Shown here piece by piece: positions 1-12,901 of a DNA stretch of 64,000 nt. Position 1 is the first letter of the stretch; the number at the start of each line of letters is the position of its first letter. The notes beneath the pieces were generated by a model. That model did no database searches. It was given only the letters and a program-made list of their open reading frames with translations, and was not told the DNA's origin. Location of the stretch: contig CBFFSA010000006.1 of NCBI GenBank assembly GCA_965644495.1, forward strand, positions 186,001 through 250,000, given 5' to 3'. This stretch comes from Perkinsela sp. CCAP 1560/9. Taxonomy: Eukaryota > Protista > Euglenozoa: Kinetoplastea. A program made the position numbers and the translations under genes.

Positions 1-17
1 TACATGAACAGGAAATC

Positions 18-857
18 ATGAAGCTTGTCCCGAACAACGTTTTTGCCGCTGTACAAATGTTGTGGTTAACACATCTGGATGACAAAGTTATGTGCGGAAT
101 ACTGCCTGATCGTGCGACAACATTTGAGGCTATAGTAGGCTCCAGCTATTCAAGCGAGTTACTCCGAGTCTGGACTGAATGGTCACGTTTCTCGTCGCCA
201 GATTTCGACTCTAACATTAAAAGTAATTTTAGTATACTACATCCAAATGATAAAGTCACTTCATGTTCTGTGAGGCACATGTCTCCCATTGAGGCATTTG
301 TTGACCGCTATAAAGCCCCTCTCTTATCAATGCCGTATGGTATTTTTCGAAAGCTAATGCGCGCAAGACTTTACGGCGAGCGAACACGGTTTGTGTCGCG
401 CAAGTCTGAACGTAGGAAAAAACATTCTGTGCATCAATTACGTCCGAAGATACGACTACAGCATTCGAAAATAAAATCTCTCTATTTTCGGAGACCCACG
501 AGTCCCAAGCTTGATCAGGACCATCCGGTGTTTCACACAGTGCTTTCACTCCCTGGGCTTTCACAGTCATGCGTATCTTACCACCCACGTGCACGTACTT
601 CAACATTTTCTGAATCGAAAAAAATTCGTGAATTTCTGATGCTTAATGAGTCGCACCTGTTCGAAAAACAAAAAGAACTAGAATGTTCGTTACTTCCATG
701 TTTGATGTGCAAAAACGATTCTCTTCGAATTTATTCCAAGAATACACGCAACCGAAATCATGAGACTCGTCGAAAAGAATGTGCTCCGGCACTGTGGTCC
801 ATTGGTTCTTTCCTAGCAATGCTTATAATAATGAAGCGAGACGAGAACAACGAATGA
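18..857 (+). CDS. Orphan 279-aa ORF, function unknown (may be non-coding)
   Basis: Long ATG-initiated ORF on the same strand as the host genes; no recognisable motif. Confidence 0.25.
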   Translation: MKLVPNNVFAAVQMLWLTHLDDKVMCGILPDRATTFEAIVGSSYSSELLRVWTEWSRFSSPDFDSNIKSNFSILHPNDKVTSCSVRHMSPIEAFVDRYKAPLLSMPYGIFRKLMRARLYGERTRFVSRKSERRKKHSVHQLRPKIRLQHSKIKSLYFRRPTSPKLDQDHPVFHTVLSLPGLSQSCVSYHPRARTSTFSESKKIREFLMLNESHLFEKQKELECSLLPCLMCKNDSLRIYSKNTRNRNHETRRKECAPALWSIGSFLAMLIIMKRDENNE

Positions 858-1588
858 AAGTGTAACGACCTATGTAAGTGTGCCTACTAAGCATCAAGTA
901 CATACCGTATACCCCCCCAGTACGAGAGTTTTGGCCCTTTTTGGGCAGACCCCCAGTAAGAGAGATTAGGATCGAAAGCCCCACAGGAAGCGTATAGGGG
1001 GTAGAGGGTGAGTGTCCGCATATCGGGGGCCTCGGGGGTAACCCAAATAAGCGTTTTAACCATAGCTGTAGGATTATTAATAATTCAGTTCGGTAATAAT
1101 AATTATTATTAATAGATTATTAATAATTTATTAATAATTTATTATTGAGCTTTCACACTCAGATTTCTCGCCCTTAATTATGTATAAAACAATATTTTCA
1201 TGCCGAAAAGGAGCATTGATGGGGATCTCCTTATGGAGTCGATGTTGATACTTCGAGCATCATTATCTGCACCTCAACCTACACGGGAAGTAGGATCCTA
1301 CACCTGACGCAGGTAAATGTGCTGTACCAACGGCAACTCCTTATGGAGTGCTGATATCGAGGGCCGGGAAAAGCCAAACTCTGTATTTGTATGATGTGTC
1401 GCAACGAAAATGAGCTTTCTGGATCTCCTGGCGGTCTTCCCTGGTGCTGCCATCATACTGCTGCAAATGACGCCGACCACATGTCTACATGCGAGGGGCT
1501 CCTCATGTGTCACTCACAGCCCCTCGTGTAAATGCATATTGAATTATTAATAATATTAATAATTTGATATTTTGAATAATAATAATTA

Positions 1589-1926
1589 CTGTACCCCCCC
1601 TGCTTATGAGTTCCCCGGTTTTGAGAAAAAGGAACTCATAATCGTACCAGATCAGAATTCGAGCCATAAAAACGCGAAAATTCGGGCCCGCGGCGCGAAG
1701 CGCCACGGGTTTTCCTTGACAATAATACTGGCGCTAAAATGTTTATTCACTCAGTGAGCGAGCCTGCTAGAGCAGGCTGAGTACGGGTGTTGGGGGGTTT
1801 ATGAATTTTTGTTCAGTGCAAAAAAAAGATTGCCTCGCGAAAAGTGGGTACAAAAACATTCGCCTTAGAAAAAGGAACTCATAAGCGCACCAGAATTGGG
1901 GGAACTCATAAGCAGGGGGGGTATAG
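1589..1926. mobile_element. MITE, TA target duplication
   Basis: TIR CTGTACCCCCCCTGCTTATGAGTTCCCC / GGGGAACTCATAAGCAGGGGGGGTATAG; internal AAAAGGAACTCATAA repeats. Confidence 0.8.
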
Positions 1927-1929
1927 TAT

Positions 1930-4560
1930 TATTTCGTTCGTGTCGGAGGGCGGAACGGCTTGCTGGAGCTTCACACCCACGTAGGGACTGATAGCTGACT
2001 CGGGGTGGTCGGCCGAGTTAGCCCGATGTAACCACGTCGCGCAAAACGGAAGAATACATCGCCTAAATCCTCCGGACACTAACCCCGTGAAGGTAACGGG
2101 ACAGGAGCACACACACCGAGGACACCCCCACCCCACTACCCGACCCCCACATTACAGACCCCATTCCCACACCCCCGCTTCAGGGGATGGGCCGTGCCGG
2201 ATGCCAGCGAGGATTGCGCCGAGGCTGGCAGCCTCAGAGCGGGCCCGTATCCAAAATCCCATCGCAATAGGGGGCCCATCCCGACACCCAACAGCTTTTC
2301 ATCGGGCCCCAAGTCCACATCCCCTGTTCTGGGGGGGGCATGCCGGATGCCAGCGAGGATTGCGCCGAGGCTGGCAGCCTCAGAGCGGGCCCGTGTCCAA
2401 AATCCCTTTGTAATTGGGGGCCCACCCCGCTCGCGGGACCCTGATCGAGCACATCGCTGCGGCCGCCAATGTGCCCAAAACTTCTCAGCGGACGACGGGA
2501 CAGGGGGGACATCGGAGGTGGGGGGGGGTGTCTTCCACCACACGAAACAAGCAATCCACCCCGACAGCCCAGGGCGCTCCAGTTGAGGAGCGAGGACAAC
2601 CCCCTTCCCCCGAAAACTTAGCAGAGCTCCTTGGGAGGGGGTCTTTACGTAAACTATATGCACTCCAATACCCGGCTTGGAAGGAATACATTGCCAGTGT
2701 ATGGCATGATTTTGTAAACAAGTCAGTGGAGGGCAAGTTCGAGATGGCTTGGAACCTCCTCCTCGCCGTTAAACGTTTCCTTTTCCTCCCCGAGGACAAG
2801 CTGTCGCAACGCCAGCTAGCGCGCGAGCTCAGAATGCGTGCCCATCTAGAGGGTTCGGAGACCTTGGCTCCATCCCCGAGTCAGGCCAACGGTGCCCCGT
2901 GGTCTGTCAAAAAACGGGTCGAGGAATCGTGCAGGGCGGGTTGCTTCTCCAGGGCGGCCAAAACGGTACCACAAGTACCCTTCACCTTGGGGAAGGCCAA
3001 TGCATCACGAGCTCAAGGGGGGTCAAGCAAGGTGACCCCATGGCTCCCATCCTATTTGCCATAGGGATCCAGGGGGCAATCGCCAGAGTGGCGGCCAACT
3101 TCACAGGCACGCTGAAGGTCTGGGCGCACCTGGATGACGTCACCTTTGCTGGTGAACCCAAGGTTTACGCCAAAGCCCTAGAGGCCCTCCGCGAGGAGCT
3201 GAAGCATCTTGGGCTACGGCTAAATACCGCTAAATGCAAAGTAGCTACCAGACACAAGGACCTCTTCTCCCGGTTCTCCGGATCTCGCATGGTCCACTCC
3301 CCTGGGAGGGTCAAACTACTGAGGGCTTTCATCGGGGTGTCGGAGGCTAGGGAGGAAGAATGGGTGCTTTCCAAGGCCCCCAAGGTAATCTCCTTCCTGG
3401 AGAAACTCAAGGACATTAGCAGGCAATGCGCCTTGTCCCTCTTAAGACTCTGTGGGAGTCCTCGATGGAACTACGTCGTAAGGACCCACGAGGCCCCGGT
3501 CACTAAAGTGGCCAATACCCAGGTCAACAAAGCCGTCCTGGCGTGTGCTGAGGCCTTGTGTGGTCCTGGCATGTGCTGAGGCATGTGCAGAGGGGGATGG
3601 GCTCCTTGGGAAAAACGGCGTTCTCCAATAACCTTTTCACGGCAGATTTCCTGGGGACCATCCCCTTCGAGTACAAGGCGGAAGACATGCAGGCCAAGGC
3701 GAAGAACTCCCTACAGGGCCGACCCCAAAAGGGGTTCCTTGGCATGCCAGCCAAGGAACAGCGGCGCAACCTCTGTGAGGCCGCGTTGGGGAAAGCCCCG
3801 ACGGCTACCCAACTGGTCTGCATGCGACAGACCCAGAACATTCACTCCACTAAGTGGATGAACGCAAGGCCCAACCGGCCGGAGTACTACATGCGGGACC
3901 CGCAGTGGGAGACTGCGGCCCGTCTCCGGTACTTGGTCGCCCCCACCTCGGAGCCTGAGCTCCAGTGCGTGTGCGGTGCAACCCTCCGCAACGAGGAGTT
4001 TTGCGTACACGCGCTGGATTGCAAGAAGGTTAAGTGGAAAACACAGGTCTCCCGCCACAAGGAGGTCAAGGAAACCTTTCGAAACCTCTTAGTGCAGTAT
4101 GGTTTCAAACCGGACCTACACGAACCGAGGTTCGACAATGGACGGGGGCCCGACATATGCTTCCAACTGGGACGGAAGACCGTCCTAGTTGATGTCACCG
4201 TGGTGAACCCACTGGCCCCGTCCTACGTGGAGAAGGAGGCCGCAGAGCCTTCTCATACCCTGAGGATAGCCGAGGCCAACAAGCGGCGCTGACATGATGA
4301 GATGGCGACCGCCCGAGGGATGGAATTTTACCCCTTGGCCTTCACCACCTACGGGATCCCGGGCCCAGAGACCTTGAACTTCCTAACCAAGGTGGCCAGG
4401 GCCCACACATCCGACAAGAACGGATGCATGTCCCACCTCCTGATGGCCATATGGGTGGCCATCCAGAAAGGTTATGCCCAGATTGTACAAGCGGCAGTAC
4501 AAGACTGGTACCGCCGCGGGGTACGAGGCTAGCTGGGCGATGGGGTTTAGGGAGGGGATT
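1930..4560 (+). mobile_element. Degenerate CRE/SLACS/CZAR-like non-LTR retrotransposon (RT + CCHC + RLE endonuclease)
   Basis: RT motifs GVKQGDPMAP and AHLDDV (ORF 2899-3579); CVCG..HALDC zinc knuckle; RH, PD..D and K RLE motifs (3558-4292); FYPLAFTTYG after a TGA; frameshifts and an internal deletion; 146-bp-period direct repeat at 2195/2341. Confidence 0.85.
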
Positions 4561-5677
4561 ATTACTAATTATTGCGGTGGTTGTATAACTACCGCTCTAC
4601 CCTCGATTATTGGAAAAAAGTGAACAAAAACAGTGAAAATATAAAGAGGAACACAGTAATATAATAGAAGAAAAAAATATAAAAGGGGGCCCCGGTGGTC
4701 CAAAATTGAAAAAAAAATTGAAAAAAATGGGGGGTCTAGGGGGGCTCCAGGGGGGGGGGCGTACGTCGTTTTTTGAAAATTTCAAAATCTTGATTTTCGA
4801 GATCGAGCGCAGGGAAGTGGTAGATTAGGCCGCGGCGATGACTTTCCACCCCCCCACCTGGGGGTACCCCCCCTGGTACGCGCGGGAGGGGTCCGACAAT
4901 GTCAAAATTCCGAAATTTTTGGGATGACCAAAAAAAATTTTTTTTTGACCCCAAAAAAAGTAAAAATATTATTTTTCCAAAATCGACTCCTAAAAAATAT
5001 TTGGAGAGCTTGGGACCTCAGTTACCATTCTACGACGTTTTTGTCGACAGGTTCGACTCCTGCCCCTACTCGTCTAAAAATTGTCTAAAAAGTTGGAGGA
5101 AAATATTAAATTGGCAAAAGAAGTAAACCCCCCAGTAAGTGAGATTTGACCATTTTGACCCAAAACGCATTCTCTTACTGGGGGGGGTATACGGTAAGAA
5201 GAATTTCTAAGATCGCACAACGCCAAAATTGAATGTAAAAAACTGCACTTGTCATTTCGAGATCGCCTTGGGTAATGCAAGAGACTTGAAGGTAAAAAAA
5301 CCAAGTACTGAGTAGCGATTCCTCTTCGTTATGCAGGGGTGGGTACGAAAATATGGAGGGGTCAATACCGGTCATCCATTTTACACGTTATTTGTACACT
5401 CCTCAAAGTCCTCCCAATTATTTGTCTGATCAACTCTAAGCCCTCTATAGGTATGTAAGATGTTAAATCGCCAGAAAAATTAGTGTCGAGAGGTCGATAG
5501 TTCATTTATTCTACCGAATTTTTCTCAAATTTTATGCTGTTCCCTACACGTCAGGCACCTGGTAGCTTTTGTGTATATCTATAGTTGACTCAGTAAGCCT
5601 TCATCCTAAACTGTTCTTTCGCACCCTTTAAACGCAAAAAACTTCTTCCACGCCCAAAATAAACGTCCTTGGAAATG

Positions 5678-6520
5678 AGGTGGCCACTTTTTCATGGGGT
5701 AGTCATCTGGCCACCTTTTTGAGGTGTGGCCAGGTGGCCACTTTTTCAGGGGTTGCCCAGCTGCTCCCTTTTTCAGAGCGTGGCCAGGTGGCCACTTTTT
5801 CAGGGTGTGGCCAGGTGGCGACTTTTTCGGGCTGCGGCCAACTCGCCACTTTTTAAGAGCGTGGCCAGGTGGCCACTTTTTCAGGGTGTGGCCAGCTGGT
5901 CCCTTTTTCAAAGGGTGGTCAGGTGGCCACTTTTTCAGGGGATGCCCAGCTGGGCACTTTTTATTATCTAACTCGCCTACTAAGGTTAATTCCGCGAGCC
6001 TTAAATGGGCATAAAACGAGTACAAAAATGATTTTTTTAAAATTTTAAAAACAGAGGTATGACTCATCAATCAATCTCCGTAATATTTCAAATATGAAAG
6101 GACAGCTGACCACCTCCTGCATGAAAGGACAGCTGGCCACTTTTTCAGCGTGTGACCAGGTGGCCACTTTTTCAGGGGGCGGCCAACTGGCCACTTTTTC
6201 AGGGGGTGGCCAACTGGCCACTTTTTCATAGGGTGGTCAGCTGGCCACTTTTTCGGAGGGTGGCCAGGTGGTCACTTTTACAGGGTGTGACCTGGTGGCC
6301 AGTTTTTCAGGGTGTGGCCAGGTGGCGACTTTTTCAGAGGGTGGCCAGCTGGACACTTTTTCTTAGGGTGGCCAGGTGGCCACTCTGTGTGGCCACATGT
6401 GTGGCCAGGTGGCCACTTTTTCAGGGGGTGGCCAACTGGCCTCTTCTTCAAGGGGTGATCAGCTGGCCACTTTTTGAGGTGGTTTTTGTAGACTTGAGCC
6501 ACTACTTGAGGTGGTGGTTT
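5678..6520. repeat. Degenerate ~24-bp tandem array (CCAGGTGGCCACTTTTTCAGGGTG), interrupted at ~5966-6095 by another repeat
   Basis: Visible periodicity. The same unit occurs at ~32700, 33655-33885 and 42990-43190. The interrupting segment recurs at 40929. Confidence 0.9.
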
Positions 6521-6525
6521 TTTTA

Positions 6526-6709
6526 GAATCCAGGTATAAAGGGGCGAGGGAGATACGAAGCAACAGATGTAGCAGATTCCCACTGAAAAGAAATCGCATC
6601 TCCCTGCACGAGGAATGCCTACCTATGCGCGTGCTATACGATTTCTTTTCTGTAGGAATCTGCTACATCTGTTGCTTCGTATCTCCTTCGCCCCTTTATA
6701 CCTGGATTC
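6526..6709. repeat. Long hairpin or MITE with ~70-bp inverted arms
   Basis: GAATCCAGGTATAAAGGGGCGA..GCAACAGATGTAGCAGATTCC and its near-perfect reverse complement. Confidence 0.8.
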
Positions 6710-6749
6710 ATACCTCGTTTGGGTCCTTGTTACCAAACTTGTTACCAAG

Positions 6750-7155
6750 TTATTGCTCGATCAGCGGAGTGAGAAGGTCATCTACCGGCATTCGTGATAT
6801 CATCATACGTGCCTGGCGACGCATCAGCGTTATGTTCACGTCTGTGACGAGATGTAGCGTAGCAGCTCCGTCACTGAGAATGCCGTGGGACGTTTTGGCC
6901 CGGCGTTCTCCTACTTTCCGGAACACTGCTAGGGCACTAGAGCTCCATGAGCCGTAGCTCTCAACCATTGCTGTGAAGTCGCTTCCTGCAGACTCAGATT
7001 CACGGCGCTGTCGGGCTTTCTGGTCAGAGGCGTAGTGCTCAGCGAAAGACCCCGCGGCCACCCAGCTAGCATTTCTGGCTGTGTCCGTGTATTTTGATTG
7101 CTGGGCGTGAGTGACCGCGAAGTCAAGCACTATAGGTTTTCCGAGGAATATTACC
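6750..7155 (-). pseudogene. C-terminal RLE endonuclease fragment of a CRE-like retrotransposon
   Basis: DFAVTH...K...FTAMVESYGSWS resembles the CRE RLE C-terminus. Confidence 0.65.
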
Positions 7156-7384
7156 TTTATCTTTTTTTTCGGTCAAAAAAAGTTTTTGGGTCCCCCCGCG
7201 AAATTGTTTGATTCTTTTTGTCGGGCAAAAGGCCGGCGAAAGGGGGGTGACGGGGGTGACGCAAGGACGTGAAGGGGGTGGCGACAGGGGGTGGCGAAAG
7301 GGGGAACACGGCCAGTCGAGGCACATGAGGAAAAGCGCTCTTACAAAAAAAAACAAGCAACAAGGTAAAATTGCATAAATTATA

Positions 7385-8309
7385 AACCCCCCACAGCGAA
7401 TAAATCACCCCCCTCTTTTTTTTGTACAACGAGGCTTAGGGGGGTTGCGGCACCACTTTTTCGTTCAAAATTTTGAGATCTGCACGTTCCCGCTGTTTTT
7501 AGACCTCTTCACAGATAACAAATTAAAACTCATTTTTTTAATGACGTTTTTACATAGTCATGCTAATATTACCCGAAAAATCTCATGTTCCTCGACCAGG
7601 GGGGGAGAAGGGGGTCAACATGAAAATGGTGTCACAGATCTTCGCTAGGGGAACGAGATCTCTCGATTGCAACAAAAATGATCAAAAACAGATAACAAAC
7701 ATTCAACTTGTCACGTGGTGGAATATTTGTCTTTGATTGGTTCTTTCTTGAAACGGTGATAAATCAACTTTTTTAAGCTGTCCCCTTTACTTTTTGCTTG
7801 AAGGGGCCTAAGGTGGTTAAGATATCATTTTCTCGTTCAAAATTCAGAGATCTACACGTTCCCACCATTTTTAGATCATTTTAGAAACTGAAAAAAAAAA
7901 TTATTTTTAGGTTCTATTTTTTTGCATCGTCATACCACACTAATTTAAGAAAACAAACACTCCGCGACCAGGGGGCACAAGTGGGTCAATATTAAAAAAT
8001 AGCGGCAAAGATCTTTGCTAGGAGAACGAGATCTCTCGTTCGCAACTAAAATCAGCAAAAACGGACAAAAATAATTGAATTTCTCATGGGAGGAGAAGAT
8101 TTATTTTGTTAAAGTGTGAGAAATTGGTCTCTTGAAAAATGAGAAGAAAGTGATAATCCATCTATCGGATGCACGCATTTGAGAGCCTTGGTTCCATGCT
8201 ATAACGCGCAAAGTCTTTGTGTTGGGAACAGCAAAATGCAACAAAAATGAGCTCAAACGGACACTTGGCTGAAAAGTTAGAGGGGGGTAACTTTTCGCTG
8301 TGGGGGGTT
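7385..8309. mobile_element. Non-autonomous Tc1-type element related to the element at 22834-24133
   Basis: TA|AACCCCCCACAGCGAA ... TTCGCTGTGGGGGGTT|TA; shared subterminal segments GAGATCTGCACGTTCCCGC and GCTCAAACGGACA. Confidence 0.75.
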
Positions 8310-8945
8310 TACGTTATGCAGACCTCCTTCCGTTTTCTTCGGCTTTCGAAGCCAATTTTTCTTTTTTAATCTTTTCGTTAAACGCGGAGGTAGTTTTCAA
8401 CGCGAAGCGCGCAGCGTAAGTGACTTCTATGTTGAAAACAACCACCACGTTTAGCGAAGAGCCTAAAAAAGAAAATTACATAGCTTATACATTCGTATGT
8501 ACATAGGGTATACTCATCGTATTAGGTATCTTGTATAAAGTGTCTTACACATAGGATGCATGAGTGCTGATCCTTCACAACCTGGTGATCTGGACGTTCT
8601 GAGCGGTGGTTTCGTATTGAAAAACTTAATGTATGAACTGAATCCCTTTGGGTCAGGAAAGGTCCTTCTCTCTGCTGTCAAACCGGGGACGAAGCAGGCT
8701 GAGCAGCGCACGATACCTCCCTATACCCCTGCATTACCTTCTTCACATCCTTGCGCTTTTGAGAATGATCAACTAGCGAAATGTAATGCCACAATCGACG
8801 CACAAGTACTACTGGGTGGTCGGTGTGCAATATGTAATTCCGAACGCAAAAATCTGATGAAATGTCTAACCAAGCATAAATACACTGATGTATGAAATTA
8901 ACGGTAATGTATCATTTGAGGTACTGTGACCTCTCTCTTAATATA

Positions 8946-9694
8946 CAGGGGGGTGCACGAAAATATGGGGGGGGGTCAAAATTCTTATAACTCGCCCAAT
9001 TTTGGAAAATAATAGCGCATTCGAGAGCTTTCACAGAGTTACGTGTCATGTGATAATGCGTTTCCCGCATTTTTTTTTTTAAGAATATAAAAAAATCATG
9101 ATTTTTCAAAGTGCAAAATTCTGCAGTTTTTTGAAAAAAATGCCTTTTTTGTGAATTTATCGACTTTTTTGATCCTAATACAGTATTATGCCCCAGAAAA
9201 GGTCATATTCGAATAATAAAAAGGTGCAGAAGCGGAGTAGATTTTGTTATTCGCCTCGTGGGCAACTTAAAGCATCTCACAGGATACTCTTGGTTAAAAA
9301 ATTCTCGATTCTGATATGGACGAGCATAAAAACTCGCTTTGTCCAACGGATCGTGCAGGTTTGAGACGAGCGATCGCCTCTAGGATCGAAAATAAAAAGG
9401 AGCGCAATACGATGTATTTTTGAGGACTTTAAAGAGTGTTCCAACGCGTGTGGAAATTGTGTTGGACAAAAAAGGTGGAAATTGTGGATACTCGCTTTTT
9501 TTACCAGAAAAAAAAGCTTGCAGTAGCCCTTTTTACGGTATTCAGGAGAATGCATATACCTGGAAACTACGCAAAACGTAATATCACATGACACGTAACT
9601 CTGTGAGAGCTCTCGAATGCGCTATTATTTTCCAAAATTCGCCGAGTTGTAAGAAATATAACCCCCCCCCCCCATATTTTCGTGCACCCCCCTG
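8946..9694. mobile_element. MITE with ~120-bp TIRs, TA TSD
   Basis: TA|CAGGGGGGTGCACGAAAATATGGG...ACAGAGTTACGTGTCATGTGATA and its reverse complement at 9571-9694. Confidence 0.85.
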
Positions 9695-9758
9695 TATTAT
9701 ACACCCCCCTGCATTATTCATAACGTGTATATTTACACGTTTTTCAGGTTTGTGAATA

Positions 9759-12224
9759 CCGTTACCACCCCCTTAGATATCCTAGTACGTTACTTATCTT
9801 CTTTTGTGATGAAATCTCCGGGTCACGAGAGGATAAGTAGCGTACTAGTTTACAGAGAAAAGTTTCGGATTTTTTCATTTCATTCAGTGGTAATTTTTTT
9901 CCAACTTCAGAGTTGCGCACATTTATTTCAGAATAGAAATACATACATGTATTTGCGCATGTACCAAAGAACTTCTGTTCACCATACAATACAGATGCTT
10001 CTATACTATTTCTACACTGCATACTAAAACTCTATTACTACCAAATGCGTCAACCATTGCCATCACTCATTTTTAGCGCGAATCAGGTTAGGGGTGCTCT
10101 AATGCCTCGAGACCCTGTCGTTGTTGTCACTGCTCCAGAGAACATTACCAACATCCTTCCGACAGCTCAGCTTCTCACGGAGCAGCATGTGGAAAGCGAG
10201 CGTGAGCGCAAGTCTCGAGTAGAGCTTACGATACAGCAGAAATGCAACATCTGCGCTTCTCTGGATGCAGGAAAAACAGAACGACTGTTTGCTCAAGAGT
10301 ATCACCTTGATCGAAGCACCGTCAGAAAACTATATAAAAAAAGCAAAAGTGGGACCGTTTGGTGCGCCTTGGCTGCGGTTCTATGGGCCAGTGTCACCCT
10401 CCGCGCCAGAATGCCGCACTATATGAGGCCGGAGCCAACATGCTGCAAACTCTGCGGGAAGCTTTCACTGGAGTTACGAAGACAATGATGTTTTCGTTTT
10501 TCTTTGGTAACTCAGCTCACTTTCGGGGCTTGTCTGAGTATGGCAAAGACAAGTTTTGGCTACGCTTTTGTCATTTTGCAAATGTGTGCCGACGCCGGGT
10601 GAACGGTTGTACACAACTTGTTCCTACCGACGCCGAAGAGTCATTCAGTAAATTTCTTGATATGATCGCTCTCATGAATGCCGACCGCGGTGGGTACACT
10701 ACCATTGTGACTGGTGACGAGACTTCGGTGTGTTGGGAGCCCGTAAGTGAGATAACCTATGAAATCCGTGGTACAGAGAGAGTAAAGGTTAAGACATGTG
10801 GAAAAGAAAAGGCCATGGTAACGGCTTGGTTTTGGGCAACGTCTGTGCTTGTTCCCGGTTCCTCCCCAGAACAACGTACTTGGGAACATCGTTTGTTTCC
10901 ACCACACCTGTTGTGGAGCGCTCAATCTTGTGAAGGTCGAGTTGCACGGGAAACGAAGGCAGCATTAGATCTGTATGGTTGCACTTCAACCGTTACAGGA
11001 TCATGCTGGATGACAGGAGATTCCTTTTTTCAATGGATGATAAAGGAATTTTTTAACACCAGTAAATATCCACCCAGCAAGACTTTATTGATTCTAGACT
11101 TGTACGCAAGTCACCGAACCGAGGTAGCCCTGTCCCTTCTTCGTCGCCAGGAAATCGACGTTTGTTTCGTCCCTGCAGGCTGCACAGCGCTGGTTCAGCT
11201 CATGGACTTGGCTGTCAATCGGCCGTTCAAGCAAAAGTACAAGGAGCTGTTCGCTCATTGGCGTGCAGCGACCAGAACACAAAAACGGCCACCCACTCGC
11301 CGGCTAATCACTCAGTTCGTTGCCGGAGCCCTAGCTTCCGTCGAGACTTCAGCTTACGAGAAGTCCTTTTGCAAAATTTATGTTCCTGCCTTACAGCGCG
11401 ATTTGCAGACCGTCCCGATTTCAGCGGTTGAAGATTTACGTGCCAACACCTTAGTTGTGACAGCCACGACTCAAGATACCGATGAAGAGACCGGTTTTAT
11501 TTCTCTTTTGGCGCAAACTTTAACTTTAGAGGATGAAGCGCGTCCCGAAGACGAGGAGTAAGGTCCTAGGCTATGTCCTAGGCTAATTTTGATTATTAAA
11601 GTATACTACTGAAAATCATCTTCTTGTATGTGCGCGGCATACATTTTAACAATTCTTGTATCATTATTTTCAAGGTGCGTTCAAGGCTATAGGTCAGGGG
11701 CATTGCCTATTTTCTTTTTTGACAATGTTGGGGTTTAGCGCTCCCCACCTTCCCGAGCTACGTCCACAGCAACGTTTTTCATATTATATTTTTACTCGTC
11801 GTATCTAAGTTTTTCTGTGGTTTTCCTTAGTGTCTTGTAAATCCTCTATAGGTATTCCAATTTCCGCGCGCTTCTTCCTTCAAGTGGCACAGTGTATGTT
11901 TGAAAGCAAAATACTTACGTACCTTTTTTCGTATACAACACATTATTTACATAGCATATCTCCTTTATCACAGCCATCACATAATTTTTAACTTTGATTT
12001 TGATGCCTCACTTGGACAGCGTGCAACTCCGACGAAAAGAACACATCGGCGAATACTTTCGACGCGGTTGTATCATGCAAAAACACCTTTTGGCACAAAG
12101 GTCACTCGAACTTCTTCTAGTACGCTACTTATCCTAGTATGCTACTTATCCTAGTACGTTACTTATCCTCAAACCGTCCATTTCGGAGACAGAATGCGGG
12201 ATATCTAAGAGGGGGGGGTAACGG
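9759..12224 (+). mobile_element. pogo/Tigger-like DNA transposon
   Basis: TA|CCGTTACCACCCCCTTAGATATCC ... GGATATCTAAGAGGGGGGGGTAACGG|TA flanking the transposase. Confidence 0.85.
10045..11561 (+). pseudogene. pogo-family transposase (HTH_psq + DDE_1, DD35D) with one frameshift near 10340
   Basis: ELTIQQK..EYHLDRSTVR HTH; GDETSV, LILDLYASH and LVQLMDLAVNRPFK catalytic motifs. Confidence 0.85.
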
Positions 12225-12901
12225 TATTAAGGTGAGGTGCATAATAGAGCATACATCTCCTTAGTACGATAGTACCGTACTTACATACATCTCCGTAGTA
12301 CGGTGCTTTGTACTAAATGAAGTACGGACCCCCGATTTCGCACTACTAAGTACTTAGTACCATACTATCCGTACTAATTATGGTGTTACTTATGGAAACC
12401 TGATCTTGTATTCGCTCGAGATAGTATCCTGTGCGTAAAAAGTATTGTGGTGTCGCTGGGGTATGTATTTCGTTTTCAGGCTGATAGATACGGAAAATGC
12501 AACTACGTTGGATTGCTCCGCCCACATGGATGTTTCTTGCCACATGGATTGCTCTGGACTATGTTGTATTGTACAATGTATGTAATATGTATGTACATAT
12601 TGAGCGTGTTGTTATAACTGCACAGGAGTTTCCTGTTCAGGGTACAACACGCCATTATCTCGGCGTAGTAAACACGCCTTTGCTTGCCTGGCACAGTGAT
12701 CGCCGGAAAATTATATTTTTTTTTTTCGGTTCATTTCACTGCCCAAGTTGCTTCCCACTTAAGGGGCTGGCCCCCACAACTGAGTGATCTCCCCGGCGGC
12801 ATAGTATTACCTACATGTGTCAAGGAGGCTAAGAAGTGAGGCCAAGGAACTCTGTCTGCCTTAAGTTTCGCGCATTATGATTGTTGAATATGGATTGATC
12901 A

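Larger units (their letters stand above)
905..5194. mobile_element. TA-flanked TIR element (pogo/Tc1-type ends) containing nested insertions
   Basis: TA|CCGTATACCCCCCCAGTA at 905 and its reverse complement TACTGGGGGGGTATACGG|TA ending at 5194; subterminal CCCCAGTAAG repeats. Confidence 0.7.

Noticed and set aside
5606-6583. Repeat-protein ORFs (KKWPPGH / ARWPLFQGV), and similar ORFs at 33584-34318, 35752-36224 and 39479-40102
   Set aside because: Translations of tandem DNA arrays that are open in several frames.
10330-10360. Programmed -1 frameshift in the pogo transposase
   Set aside because: The A-run is not phased as an X XXY YYZ slippery heptamer; a deletion or assembly error is simpler.
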